A DNA stretch of 64,000 nucleotides from positions 454,673 to 518,672 of the forward strand of contig CAWESL010000008.1 in assembly GCA_963811705.1 (NCBI GenBank). Reading direction: 5' to 3'. The stretch comes from Ignavibacteriota bacterium (lineage in GTDB: Bacteria; Bacteroidota; Ignavibacteria; UBA10030; UBA6906). Shown here in pieces: positions 1-10,000 of the stretch. The notes beneath the pieces are model-generated. The model saw only the letters and a program-made list of their open reading frames with translations, had not been told where the DNA came from and ran no database searches. The position numbers and the translations under genes were made by a program. How positions within the stretch are numbered: position 1 is the first letter of the stretch; every line of letters starts with the position of its first letter.

Positions 1-2
1 AA

Positions 3-128
3 CTGCGATACGAGTACGGGAACTACCGGAAGGTTGCTCTCGTGCACAACATGAGCGTGTCACGCGAGCGGCTTGAGGAGGCGATCGCGAGACTCACCTC
101 CGCCATAACGTATGCGGCAATGTTATAG
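3..128 (+). CDS. 3' end of a gene entering the window (possibly a PLP aminotransferase C-terminus)
   Basis: Open frame LRYEYGNYRKVALVHNMSVSRERLEEAIARLTSAITYAAML* ending at TAG 126-128; product guess rests only on the ERLEEAIARL helix. Confidence 0.3.
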   Translation: MRYEYGNYRKVALVHNMSVSRERLEEAIARLTSAITYAAML

Positions 129-1040
129 ACCCCGAGTTCCGCTGTCGTAGTCTGCCTCTCGCATAACCTCTGCAAGCTGCGCGGCGGTCCAGGCATTCCC
201 CTGAAACACTTTCACGAGCCTGCCCTTCGGATCGAGGACCGCGGTCCGAAGGTTGTGATCGATCAACCCCTCGGAAGGTGCATACGACAGGCCGAAGCCG
301 TCGGCGAATGCAGCAAGGTCCCTCCCCGTCGTGTCGGGATCCGTTCCGAAATCCCAGACGCTGAAGTCTGCGTCGTAATTCTTCCCGTACTCCTTCAAGA
401 CCGGCGGTCGATCGAACGATGGGTCGAAACTGATCGAGACGAGATGCCAGCGGCCCGCCATCGACCGGTCGTCCGTCAAGAGCTTCTGTGTCTCAGCGAA
501 TCGTCGGCTCATCCTGATGCAAAAATCGGGAAGAGGACAGCGCGTATAGACAAACGTCAACGCAAGGACCTTCCCCCGGAAGTCGGATAGGCGGAATGTT
601 CTCCCCTCCTGGTTCAATAGTTGGATGTCGGGGATCTCTTCCCCAGCACGATAGAGCCGCTTCAGTTCCACCTCCTCCGCCGTCAAGGTGTTCAGCCGGT
701 CGCCTCTGCGAAGCACCTGCATCGTTTCGAGCCAGCTTTCTGTTCTGGAGATGGCGAGCGTCGCTCCGACAGAATCTCCGACCGCTATGCCGTTGAGGAT
801 CGCCGGATCTTTCACCTTGAACGGCATCGTCATCGCGGGCATGTAGTTTGGAATCGCGTCATGGCGGACCGTCACCCGCCCCCGGGCCGAATCGATTCGC
901 GTGACCCTGCCCTGCAAGGGGAATGTTACGAGATCGACGCTGGTATCCTTCTTCGCGCAAGACGCGATCATGAGGGCCGTGACCAGGAGCAACCAGGTCC
1001 GGCTCAGGAAGCTGCAGAGCGTGGCGAGATGTCGTGTCAA
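123..1040 (-). CDS. SCO1/SenC family protein with N-terminal CusF-like copper-binding domain (probable lipoprotein)
   Basis: HDAIPNYMPAMTMPF (CusF-like), FVYTRCPLPDFC and distal His (IDHNLRT) of SCO; lipobox-like IASC; TTG start at 1040 is inferred. Confidence 0.85.
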   Translation of the reverse strand: MTRHLATLCSFLSRTWLLLVTALMIASCAKKDTSVDLVTFPLQGRVTRIDSARGRVTVRHDAIPNYMPAMTMPFKVKDPAILNGIAVGDSVGATLAISRTESWLETMQVLRRGDRLNTLTAEEVELKRLYRAGEEIPDIQLLNQEGRTFRLSDFRGKVLALTFVYTRCPLPDFCIRMSRRFAETQKLLTDDRSMAGRWHLVSISFDPSFDRPPVLKEYGKNYDADFSVWDFGTDPDTTGRDLAAFADGFGLSYAPSEGLIDHNLRTAVLDPKGRLVKVFQGNAWTAAQLAEVMREADYDSGTRGL

Positions 1041-1096
1041 GTGCTTCGTGCTTGCAATCCGCTTTCCAAGGTTTACGGTCGTCTGTCGGCCGTTCC

Positions 1097-1561
1097 CTAC
1101 CCTTTGAGAATCGCATTGAATCGTTTCTCTGTCGCCGCTCTCGTTCCGTCGGAGCAATGAACAAGCACACGCTCAAGTGCGCTGTCCTCCAGCTCGTGTA
1201 CCGACCGGAGAATGTTCACGAACGTGGCGAGGTCCGCGTCGTGATGCTGCAGGACCTGATCGGCGTTCGAGACAACAAGTGTGAGGCGGGGTCGATCGAG
1301 CCAGCCCAGATCGCCGAGGCACTCCTCGACGGCATCCCAGTTGTCCCCGAAATAATGCGGAAATTGAAGCGCTGCGGCAAGCTCCTGAAACAGACGCTCC
1401 TTTGTCTGGCACCGTTGACCGCGGACAATCCGGACAGTCTCCCCCTTTGCGGCCTGGATTTCAGCCGCGAGATCATCAATATCGCTTTCCGGGATCGTGA
1501 TCAGGTGTGCCCATCCCGGGAGCTCTTCCAGGTCAGTGAGAGTGAACCCCGTGTGTGTCAT
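1097..1561 (-). CDS. Barstar (ribonuclease inhibitor) family protein
   Basis: ALQFPHYFGDNWDAVEECLGDL barstar signature; overlaps the 3' end of the RNase gene. Confidence 0.85.
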   Translation of the reverse strand: MTHTGFTLTDLEELPGWAHLITIPESDIDDLAAEIQAAKGETVRIVRGQRCQTKERLFQELAAALQFPHYFGDNWDAVEECLGDLGWLDRPRLTLVVSNADQVLQHHDADLATFVNILRSVHELEDSALERVLVHCSDGTRAATEKRFNAILKG

Positions 1562-1949
1562 CCTTCGGCCCTTGATGATGCGTTGAGGGGATGGGGACAA
1601 ACGTGCGATAGTGGTCCGCCGTGTACCATCCATGGTTGGTGTCGAAATCGACGAGAACCCTCTCCGCCCCCCGATTGACCCCCTTCGTTTTGGGATGCAC
1701 GTCGAACTCGTGATAGTGACCCCGGGGCAAATGTCGTTCGCGGTTGTACCAGATGCGGCCGCCGACGTAGCCTTTGGGGGCCTTCCCGTTGAGAACGACA
1801 TAGTTGTAGACATCGAGCGCCCGTTGCGGGACTGCCCCGCGATAGCGCTCCACGGGCGCTTTCTGCGGGTATGTCTCCGTCTGCTGGGCGGTCACAAATG
1901 CACCGGGGACCATGAACAACACGACCGCATACAGAACATAGTGTTTCAT
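1533..1949 (-). CDS. Secreted guanyl-specific ribonuclease (barnase/N1/T1/Sa family)
   Basis: Signal peptide; GGRIWYNRERHLP, YHEFDV, NRGAERVL and YTADHYRTF motifs. Confidence 0.85.
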   Translation of the reverse strand: MKHYVLYAVVLFMVPGAFVTAQQTETYPQKAPVERYRGAVPQRALDVYNYVVLNGKAPKGYVGGRIWYNRERHLPRGHYHEFDVHPKTKGVNRGAERVLVDFDTNHGWYTADHYRTFVPIPSTHHQGPKDDTHGVHSH

Positions 1950-2028
1950 CGGGATGATCCTCTGTACGACAAATGATTGCATTGGAAGATAACGACATCG
2001 GGGATAAAATTCGAGGCGCAGGCCGGGT

Positions 2029-2793
2029 CTACTCGACGACTCTGAATCGGAGCGCATGCACCGAAGCACGGAACCAGACGAGTGTGAACAGAACGAAGCC
2101 AAGTGACTCGTAGGGGATCAACGACAGATCTCCGCCGATCGTTGCATACCGGAGAACATCGGTATGCCAGGTGAGAGGATTGAAGGAAGATAGAGCCCGG
2201 AGCCATCCCGGCATGGTCTCGACCGGGTAGAAGATGCTGCTCATGAACATCAGAATGAAATAGATCGCATTGAGAAGAGTGTTGAACATATCGTTCCGTC
2301 GGATGCGCAGCGCAAAGAAGGAGAGGAAGAAGAACCATCCCGCGGTGCCGATGACGACGACGATGATCAGCATCCCGAGCCGTTCCCACAGGATCGCGAT
2401 GTTCAGGGCGAGAGCCCCGACGGCGATGGTCAGGGCGGCTTGAAGAAGCGCCATCAGGGAATTGAACAGGATCTTGCCAATGAGAAATTCTCCGCGGGTC
2501 ATCGGATAGGTGAGAAATTCGTAGAAGATGCCGTTGTCGCGGTCGACGAAGAATCCGTACGCCGTGTTGATCGCAATGCCGAACGCGGACATCGCGAGCA
2601 CCCCCGGCAGGAAGAATGCGTTGTACGACAGTCGATCGGCACCCACTTGAACGCCCTGTCCGAAGGCGGAATTGAATGCGAGACCGAAGAGAAGCAGGTA
2701 CGCCAGTGGAATCAGCAGGTCGTAGAAGATCCAGATCATGCTCGTGGCGCGGATCTTGTATTCTCTGTACATGACGGCGAGCACCATGCTCAT
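2029..2793 (-). CDS. ABC-2 type transporter permease
   Basis: About six hydrophobic segments, SSIFYP..MPGWL...NPLT motif; overlaps the ATPase stop. Confidence 0.9.
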   Translation of the reverse strand: MSMVLAVMYREYKIRATSMIWIFYDLLIPLAYLLLFGLAFNSAFGQGVQVGADRLSYNAFFLPGVLAMSAFGIAINTAYGFFVDRDNGIFYEFLTYPMTRGEFLIGKILFNSLMALLQAALTIAVGALALNIAILWERLGMLIIVVVIGTAGWFFFLSFFALRIRRNDMFNTLLNAIYFILMFMSSIFYPVETMPGWLRALSSFNPLTWHTDVLRYATIGGDLSLIPYESLGFVLFTLVWFRASVHALRFRVVE

Positions 2794-3776
2794 TGCTGGG
2801 CTCCTTTCGCCGGGGACCCGCCGAGCAACTCCACGTAGACATCCTCGAGTGTCGCCCCATGCGTTTCGAGCGCGACGATGGGGCTGCGGGCAGCGAGCTT
2901 TCCAATCGCTTCAAGGACGTCTGCGCGGGTGACCGGGACACTCATGGTGACGGAGTCGCCATGGCGCGTGATGGCGACCGGCGCAAGAGAGCACAGCGCC
3001 GCGAACACTTCATCGCTGAGGGACCGAAAGGTGACGCTGATGTCGATCAGATCGGAGACCCGCGCAGTGATTGCCCCCAGGTCGCCAGAGGCGACCACGC
3101 GGCCGTGGTCGAGCAAGGCGATGGTATCGCAAAGCTCTTCCGCTTCTTGAAGGATGTGCGTCGTGAGGACGACGGTCCTTCCGGCCCGCGCCTGTTCGCG
3201 GAAGGCGTCGAGGGTCGAGCGCTTCGTGATCGGGTCCATCCCGGTTGTCGGTTCATCGAGAAACACAATGGGGGTGTCCGCCATGAACGCCTTCGCGACC
3301 TGGACCCGCCGTTTCGCGCCGCCGCTAAGATCGATCACTTTTTGCGCGTGGAATTCGTCCAGCCCGAACCGCGCGATCGCTTCACCGATCTTCCGCTTCG
3401 TCACATCCTTCGGCATGTTCTGAAAGCGGGCGAAGGTGACAAGGTTGTCCACAACGCTGAGGTAAATCTCCACGGCATTTTCCTGGAGGACGGAGCAAAT
3501 GCGCCGACGGATCTCGACGGGGTGCCGCACCACGTCGAACCCGAGGAGAGTGACTTCTCCGGAAGTTGGAAGTATCAGCGTCGTGAGAATGCGGAGAAGC
3601 GTGGTTTTGCCTGCTCCATTACGACCGAGCAGGCCGAACACCTCGCCCCGCCTCACCGTCAGATCGATACCATTGAGGGCCGTGACAGCCCTCGAAGTTC
3701 CGGCGCGATAAACCTTATGGAGGTTTGCGCAACGAACGGCTATTTCATCGCTTTGGGGATTCATTCTCAACTTCAA
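2790..3776 (-). CDS. ABC transporter ATP-binding protein (DrrA-like)
   Basis: GRNGAGKT, LSGG, FLDEPTTGMD, TTH motifs. Confidence 0.93.
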   Translation of the reverse strand: MKLRMNPQSDEIAVRCANLHKVYRAGTSRAVTALNGIDLTVRRGEVFGLLGRNGAGKTTLLRILTTLILPTSGEVTLLGFDVVRHPVEIRRRICSVLQENAVEIYLSVVDNLVTFARFQNMPKDVTKRKIGEAIARFGLDEFHAQKVIDLSGGAKRRVQVAKAFMADTPIVFLDEPTTGMDPITKRSTLDAFREQARAGRTVVLTTHILQEAEELCDTIALLDHGRVVASGDLGAITARVSDLIDISVTFRSLSDEVFAALCSLAPVAITRHGDSVTMSVPVTRADVLEAIGKLAARSPIVALETHGATLEDVYVELLGGSPAKGAQQ

Positions 3777-4008
3777 GTCCCTTGGCTAACTTCCTGCATT
3801 TCAACAGCCGGTGTGGAAGGATCCTTGTGAATATATGAATTTTGTAACATTTTCACCGCAAAAGCGTACCTCGGTATAGTGATCGTGTATTCCATCGGTG
3901 CTCAAGGGCTGATCTGACGGATTGTGGCGAACGGCAGTGACGTGCAAGCCCGGGCATCGAAACGTGCAATGGAGGAATCGTTCCAACGCTCGCTCCAGAG
4001 GAACATCC

Positions 4009-5913
4009 ATGAAGACGCGCCTCTCCCTTTTGTTCATGGCTCTCCTGCTCGGCGCATATTGCCGGGCGGGTGAGCAAACCGTCCTTTCTCTTCGAGACTT
4101 CACACAGACCGAGCTGAAGGCAACCGGCATTACCGTCACCCAACCGACAACGGTCCATATCCGCGCACTCGGCGGCGGCGACGAAGAGGGCTGGGGATCG
4201 AAAACAAACTCGATGTTCGCTTATGGCTGGATTATCAATGCCGTGTCGAAAGATATCGTCTGGGAGATGACACTGCAAAATACCTCTTCGTCGTCGGACG
4301 ACAGGAAGTTTGACGGCACGATCAACCTTTCTCCCGGGAAGTACGAAGTGTACTTCACCGCGTACGCCTTCGTCGAGCACTCTCCCTTCTCTCAATTCCA
4401 GATCAATATCGACCACCGGGAATCGCCGCTGTTCGACGGACAGCAGGAATCGAAGCACGACTTCTTCGGTTGGCTGAAAGACCTTTGGTCAGGAGACGTG
4501 AAACGCGAATTCTACAAGCGCGCCCCCCGGTGGGGGATCGACCTGCTCGTCGATGAATCGGTTGCCTCGTCGATTACGCAATTTACTCCGCCGCTTGCGA
4601 TCCCCGATCTTGTGTCTCACGCCATCGGATTGGGCGACAACCAGTGTATCCGGATCGCGTTCGAACTGAAGGATCAGACAACCCTTCACCTTTACGCTCT
4701 CGGAGAACGAGGGAGAGAGAACGAACTGCCTGACGGTGGATGGATTGTCAACCTCGCCGACCGCAAGCGTGTCTGGGCGATGGATAACGCGGAAGTGACG
4801 TACGCGGGAGGCGCCTCGAAAAATATCGAGTTCCGCGGAGACGTCACACTCGATCGCGGTCAGTATCTGCTCTATTATATTACGGACAATAGCCATTCGA
4901 TGGACGACTGGAACCAGGCGCCGCCGTATGATCCCTTGGACTATGGCATCAGCATTGCCATTCGGGATGAATCCGAGCGCGCGAATTTCAGGCAGATCCC
5001 GTACAACGATTATGACAACGTGATTGTGAGCCTTATTCGGCCGGGTGATGATGAGCATCACACAGACGGCTTCTCCCTGAAACAGGATGCGGATCTCCGG
5101 GTCTACGCGATCGGCGAACGTTCGGGGGGCAGACGTTCCATGGCGGACTTCGGCCAAATCATCAACGCGCGGACCCGCGCAAAGGTGTGGACGATGGATG
5201 TCGAGAGGACGTCGTATGCAGGCGGGGCGCCGAAGAACAGATATATCGACGAGATCATCCATCTCCCCAAGGGGAACTACGAGGTCACCTATACGACCGA
5301 CGACTCGCATAGCTACGACGATTGGAATGATGATCCGCCGTTCGACCCGTCGCATTACGGCATCACGGTGATGGGTGTCGGCCCGAAATTCTCCCCCTCG
5401 ATCATCGGCAAGTATGTGGAGGAACGCGACAAGAGCATCATTGCCCAGATCATCCGGCCCGGCGACGACGAAGACCGCACCGTGCACTTCCGGCTCGACA
5501 AGCCGATGAGAATTCGAATCTATGCGATCGGCGAAGGGATGGGGAGGGAGATGTTCGACTACGGCTGGATCGAGAACGCCAAGACCGGCGATAATGTATG
5601 GGAGATGACATACCCGATGACGTTTTACGCCGGAGGGGCGCGCAAGAACCGGATGGTGAACACCACGCTGACGCTCGAGCGCGGCGAGTATTCCCTGCGA
5701 TGGAAGAGCGATGACTCGCACTCGTACAACGATTGGAATTCGGATCCACCGGACGATCAAGACTACTGGGGAATCACCGTTTTCCGCGATGAAGGAGAGG
5801 ACTTTGCACCGAGGCCCGCTGTGCCGCAGGAGCCCGACGAACCCTCGATGCCTTCGCCGCCGGCAACGCCGGGTCACAGGATTCCACCGCCACCGCAACC
5901 ACCGAGGAGATAG
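4009..5913 (+). CDS. Secreted hypothetical protein with four ~140-aa internal repeats and a Pro-rich tail
   Basis: RBS GAGGA, signal peptide; repeated YAxGE...VWxM...YAGGAxKN...DSHSxxDWNxxPP. Confidence 0.85.
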   Translation: MKTRLSLLFMALLLGAYCRAGEQTVLSLRDFTQTELKATGITVTQPTTVHIRALGGGDEEGWGSKTNSMFAYGWIINAVSKDIVWEMTLQNTSSSSDDRKFDGTINLSPGKYEVYFTAYAFVEHSPFSQFQINIDHRESPLFDGQQESKHDFFGWLKDLWSGDVKREFYKRAPRWGIDLLVDESVASSITQFTPPLAIPDLVSHAIGLGDNQCIRIAFELKDQTTLHLYALGERGRENELPDGGWIVNLADRKRVWAMDNAEVTYAGGASKNIEFRGDVTLDRGQYLLYYITDNSHSMDDWNQAPPYDPLDYGISIAIRDESERANFRQIPYNDYDNVIVSLIRPGDDEHHTDGFSLKQDADLRVYAIGERSGGRRSMADFGQIINARTRAKVWTMDVERTSYAGGAPKNRYIDEIIHLPKGNYEVTYTTDDSHSYDDWNDDPPFDPSHYGITVMGVGPKFSPSIIGKYVEERDKSIIAQIIRPGDDEDRTVHFRLDKPMRIRIYAIGEGMGREMFDYGWIENAKTGDNVWEMTYPMTFYAGGARKNRMVNTTLTLERGEYSLRWKSDDSHSYNDWNSDPPDDQDYWGITVFRDEGEDFAPRPAVPQEPDEPSMPSPPATPGHRIPPPPQPPRR

Positions 5914-5942
5914 AAGGAATTTCGATTGTTCCTCGAAAGACC

Positions 5943-5971
5943 TTGACATTGCTCTTCTTCCACGGTACTTT
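5943..5971 (+). promoter_or_regulatory. Sigma70-type promoter
   Basis: TTGACA(5943-48)-17 bp-TACTTT(5966-71). Confidence 0.6.
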
Positions 5972-6032
5972 GAAGATGTGGGAACGCGTCCTTCCTGAAA
6001 GAGGCGTGTTGACTAGCAAGCGTAGAAGGAAG

Positions 6033-6071
6033 AACCTCTTTCGTCCTGTTGCAGGACGGGAGAGGTTTTTT
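6033..6071 (+). terminator. Intrinsic terminator/attenuator in the leader of the SPFH gene
   Basis: Stem AACCTCTTTCGTCCTG-ttg-CAGGACGGGAGAGGTT (with G-U pairs) followed by a T run. Confidence 0.7.
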
Positions 6072-6170
6072 CGTTTCTCGCGGCGGCAACTCTTCTCTCC
6101 ATATGTTCAGGCACACCCGAAGATGTGCGATCATGCGAATTCCTCCACACTATTCCGGACATGACCTACC

Positions 6171-8141
6171 ATGATAGAATCCTTTCTTCTCATCCTCACC
6201 ATGACGGTCATTATCGTCGTCGGGATCTGGCTCTCGCTTGGCTCGATCTACAGCATCGGCCCGACACAAGTGGGACTTGTCCGCAAGCGGATCGGCAGGA
6301 AACTGCCGGGCGATAATCCCGTCGCCTTCAACGGCGAAGCAGGGTACCAGGCCGATCTCCTGATGCCGGGCCTTCGCTTTAAGTTTTCACCGTTTTTCGC
6401 CGTGACAAAGCATCCGTGGGTGCAGGTTCCGGCCGGGCAGATCGGCGTGGTCATCGCCCAGGTGGGAAAACCGCTTCCCATCGGAGCCAAGTCCGCAGCA
6501 TACAAAAACGAGTTCGGCGATTTCACGGACTTCCGCGCGTTCGTCAAGGCCGACGGCCAAAAAGGCGTGCAACGTCCCGTGCTCGCTCCCGGCACACTGG
6601 CGCCTGTGCATCCGGTGGCATTTCTCGTGCTCACGAAGGCAATGGTGTATGGCATCCCCGTGTCGGAAGATCTGCGCAGGGGCATCAAACAGAGCGAAAT
6701 ATCGGTCGAGGCCTTCGGTCTCTCCGAGATGCAGTTGGAGGTGACCCGCATCGAACCTCATGCGACCGAGGGAGGAAAAGTCGTCGACATGATCGGGGTT
6801 GTCACAACCCTTGACGGTGATTCTCTTCCCGCCGATGACATCGCGAGTCGGTTGGGCGGATTTGACGACATCAGAGCATTGGAAGAAGCAGCCCGGCGGG
6901 ACGGGGTTCCCCCTCTCTCCAATTCGAAACTCATCGAGACAATTCTTGGCAATAAGAACGGCGAGCACAAGAGCTATCAGGACTTCCAGGCGTTCCTTGA
7001 CAAGGGTGGCAAAATCGGACTCCAGCACGACCCTCTTCTCTATGGCGCGTACAACCTCAACCCATTCCTTGTGCGCGTCGAGCAGGTTCCCATGCTCGTC
7101 GTGGAGCAAGGACAGGTGGCGGTGGTGAAATCGTATGTCGGTCTCCCGACGGAAGATACGTCCGGCGCGGACTTCAAATTCGGCAGCCTCGTCCGACCCG
7201 GACATCGCGGGATCTGGGAAGAGCCTCTCAGGACCGGGAAGTATACCATCAACCCGAGAATTTATCAGGCGGAGATCGTACCTACCGCCATCCTGAACCT
7301 CAACTGGTCGACAGAGACGTCAGAAGCGCACATGCTCGATGAGCGGTTGACCTCGATCGTTGCGAAGAGCCGGGAAGGCTTTCAATTCAGCATCGATTTG
7401 CAGGTGCTCATTCACGTGCCGGACACGCAGGCATCGCGTGTCATCTCCATGGTCGGAAGCATGAAGAACCTCGTCGACGAGGTCCTGCAGGCCGCGGTCG
7501 GCAATCTCTTCCGCGACAAGCTCGGCGGAATGCCGGCGATCAAGTTCATCGAGACTCGACAGATGGTCCAGGAAGAGGCGATGTTGCATATCGCAAAGCA
7601 GCTTGACGTCTATGAAGTGGAGACAAAAGGGGTCTACATCCAGGATGTCGTCTATCCGCCGCAGCTCGTGAAGGTCCTCACCGAACGGGAAATCGCAAAC
7701 CAGGAAGTTCAGACCTACAAAATGCAGCAGACGGCGCAGGAGCAGCGCATTGCAACGGAAGCGGCGACCGGGAAAGCGGACATGCAGAAGCAGCTCGCGC
7801 AATCGGAAGTCGGGATCACGATCAAAAAGAACAATGCCGACGCACGGGTGCAGGAAGCCCGCGGCGATTCGGAATACGTGAAACAGACGGGAACGGCGCA
7901 GGCGGACGTTATCCGAGCCCAGGGGGTCGCGAAAGCGGAAGGGTTCAAAGCCCAAAACGAAGCGATTGGTCAGGTCGGCACAATGCTCGTGAATGTCGCG
8001 ACGGTGCTTTCCGATAAGAACGTGAAGATCGTTCCCGACATCCTTGTTACCGGCGGCGGCGGTTCCGTCGACGGGCTTGCCGCGACGCTGACAAAGCTGT
8101 TTGCCGGGAAATCGCTCGAACCGACAAAGAAAGACAAATAG
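6171..8141 (+). CDS. SPFH/band 7/flotillin family membrane protein
   Basis: N-terminal TM, repeated VPAGQIGVV/VEQGQVAVV modules, SPFH core (KSREGFQFSIDLQV), Ala/Glu coiled-coil, KIVPDILV tail. Confidence 0.85.
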   Translation: MIESFLLILTMTVIIVVGIWLSLGSIYSIGPTQVGLVRKRIGRKLPGDNPVAFNGEAGYQADLLMPGLRFKFSPFFAVTKHPWVQVPAGQIGVVIAQVGKPLPIGAKSAAYKNEFGDFTDFRAFVKADGQKGVQRPVLAPGTLAPVHPVAFLVLTKAMVYGIPVSEDLRRGIKQSEISVEAFGLSEMQLEVTRIEPHATEGGKVVDMIGVVTTLDGDSLPADDIASRLGGFDDIRALEEAARRDGVPPLSNSKLIETILGNKNGEHKSYQDFQAFLDKGGKIGLQHDPLLYGAYNLNPFLVRVEQVPMLVVEQGQVAVVKSYVGLPTEDTSGADFKFGSLVRPGHRGIWEEPLRTGKYTINPRIYQAEIVPTAILNLNWSTETSEAHMLDERLTSIVAKSREGFQFSIDLQVLIHVPDTQASRVISMVGSMKNLVDEVLQAAVGNLFRDKLGGMPAIKFIETRQMVQEEAMLHIAKQLDVYEVETKGVYIQDVVYPPQLVKVLTEREIANQEVQTYKMQQTAQEQRIATEAATGKADMQKQLAQSEVGITIKKNNADARVQEARGDSEYVKQTGTAQADVIRAQGVAKAEGFKAQNEAIGQVGTMLVNVATVLSDKNVKIVPDILVTGGGGSVDGLAATLTKLFAGKSLEPTKKDK

Positions 8142-8190
8142 GATCCATACTGCCAGGTGGAGATCGGGGTCCACCATCGGGAGATTGTGC

Positions 8191-8400
8191 ATGAATATTA
8201 CGCCGGAAAATTGGAGTACGGTCGAACGGGAGATTAAGGAGGAGGGAATCGAAGAAACGATCTATGATGAGAAGGGATTCCTCAAGACGATCGTCTCCAA
8301 GAACGGGACGCGATACGAGTTGCCTGTTGAAGTTCTTTCGCAGCTGGTAAATTCCGGAGCGGTGAAATTCAAAGTCGACGCGAGAAGCATACGCCGGTAG
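8191..8400 (+). CDS. Small hypothetical protein (69 aa)
   Basis: GGAG RBS, protein-like composition, fills the gap between SPFH and deoC. Confidence 0.55.
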   Translation: MNITPENWSTVEREIKEEGIEETIYDEKGFLKTIVSKNGTRYELPVEVLSQLVNSGAVKFKVDARSIRR

Positions 8401-8459
8401 CGGTCGAAGCAGCGGGAATGGGAGATACCGGAGAGCGAAACCATGCATGGAGTGATTTC

Positions 8460-9176
8460 ATGACGGAAAGTCTTCGCGCTATTGCCAGGATGATCGACCA
8501 TTCCTTGTTGCACCCGACGCTCACGGACAATGACCTTCGAGAGGGGTGCGCCGTCGCGAGGAAGCATGGCGTGGCGTCGGTCTGCATCAAGCCCTATGCC
8601 GTCCCCCTCGCGGTGAGCGAACTGAAAGGGAGCGGGGTTGCGGTGGGCACGGTCGTGGGATTCCCGCACGGCGGAAGCCACGTCGCGGTCAAAATCAAGG
8701 AGGCGGAGCGCGCGATCGCCGATGGTGCAACCGAGCTGGACATGGTCGTGAACATCGGCAAGGTGCTGAGTGGCGACTGGAAATATGTCAGCGACGAAGT
8801 GCAGAAGCTCAATGCCCTTGCCAGAGAGTTTGGCGCCATTCTCAAAGTCATCTTCGAAAACGATTACCTGGAACAGGATGAGTACAAGACACGTCTTTGT
8901 CAGATCTGCAATGAACATCGCGTCGCCTTTGCGAAAACCTCCACAGGCTACGGCTTCGTAAAGCGCGAGAACGGGATGTACCAGTATGATGGCGCGACCG
9001 ACTACGATCTGGCCTTGATGCGGGATACCTGCGACGATCACGTCCTCATCAAAGCGGCGGGAGGGATCCGGACACTGGATGATGTTCTGCGGGTTCGCGG
9101 ACTCGGGGTAGCGCGCGTTGGTGCAACTGCTACGGCCGCGATATTGGATGAAGCGAAGAGGCGCGGATATCAGTAA
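8460..9176 (+). CDS. deoC: Deoxyribose-phosphate aldolase
   Basis: IDHSLLHP, TVVGFPHG, ELDMVVN, KVIFE, KTSTGY, IKAAGGIR. Confidence 0.95.
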   Translation: MTESLRAIARMIDHSLLHPTLTDNDLREGCAVARKHGVASVCIKPYAVPLAVSELKGSGVAVGTVVGFPHGGSHVAVKIKEAERAIADGATELDMVVNIGKVLSGDWKYVSDEVQKLNALAREFGAILKVIFENDYLEQDEYKTRLCQICNEHRVAFAKTSTGYGFVKRENGMYQYDGATDYDLALMRDTCDDHVLIKAAGGIRTLDDVLRVRGLGVARVGATATAAILDEAKRRGYQ

Positions 9177-9553
9177 TTGGATTTCCCTCGCGTTGAGAGA
9201 GATGGCGGATGAGACTCTCCTTGGGTTGATGGCGCGCCCGGACGCTTCCGGCTTTCCCTACACCTTGAAAGTCATTCTCCACCATCGCGAGTCGCTGCTT
9301 CAGTCGCGACGATCTTCGGATTATCCGGCGGCAGGAAGCGTGAAGCCGTCGCAGGTAGCAAGAAGAAGGCGATGACAAGGTATCGGAAAGGGGTACTTCA
9401 GCAATCTCGATCTCTCCTTGCCTGACGTACTGTCTTGGGCTGGGATGGGGGAGGCGGAAGACAAGGCGCTCTCCTCGGGCGCGCGGCGGATACTCGTGAC
9501 CGGGGTGGCGGTGACGGCCTGGAATCCGGAAGGCAAGCGAACAGGATTCCCCG

Positions 9554-9927
9554 AAAAACATGGCAGGCTAGGCAACCACAATTCGGGGTCCCAAAACGCT
9601 CAAAAAGCCCCGTCGCTATTGAAGAAAAAATATGGCAGGCTAGGCAACCACTTTTTTCGGTCATATATAATTGTCGACTCACGCTGAAAGGCTTGCAACT
9701 GACGCGCGGGATGATCCTGACAAAGCATCGCTTCCGCCGACGTGCGGCAATTTTCGATGAGACGTTGCAGTTGTCGATGCAAAGGCCAGGAGGTGTTCTG
9801 CGGCCAGTAGGGGAAGCCCTCCCCAAAAACATGGCAGCCTAAGCAACCACTTTTTTCTCTTCGGGAACAGCAGTTTCGCCGCGGCCTGCTTGCACGAAAA
9901 AGAAGGCAGCCTAGGCAACCGCTTTTC
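9554..9927 (+). repeat. REP-like palindrome cluster 1 (4 copies)
   Basis: 16-bp cores at 9562, 9634, 9833, 9905 (GGCAGSCTARGCAACC) with A-rich left and mostly T-rich right flanks. Confidence 0.9.
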
Positions 9928-10000
9928 TGCCCTATGCCATGGGAGAAGGCCTCTGCTGCCAGGGAAAGCGAACTTCGGGGATAGCCGAAAGGATGCAACA

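Noticed and set aside
9180-9900. Short overlapping ORFs between deoC and the DinB-like gene
   Set aside because: They run through palindrome repeats, with no RBS or recognisable motif
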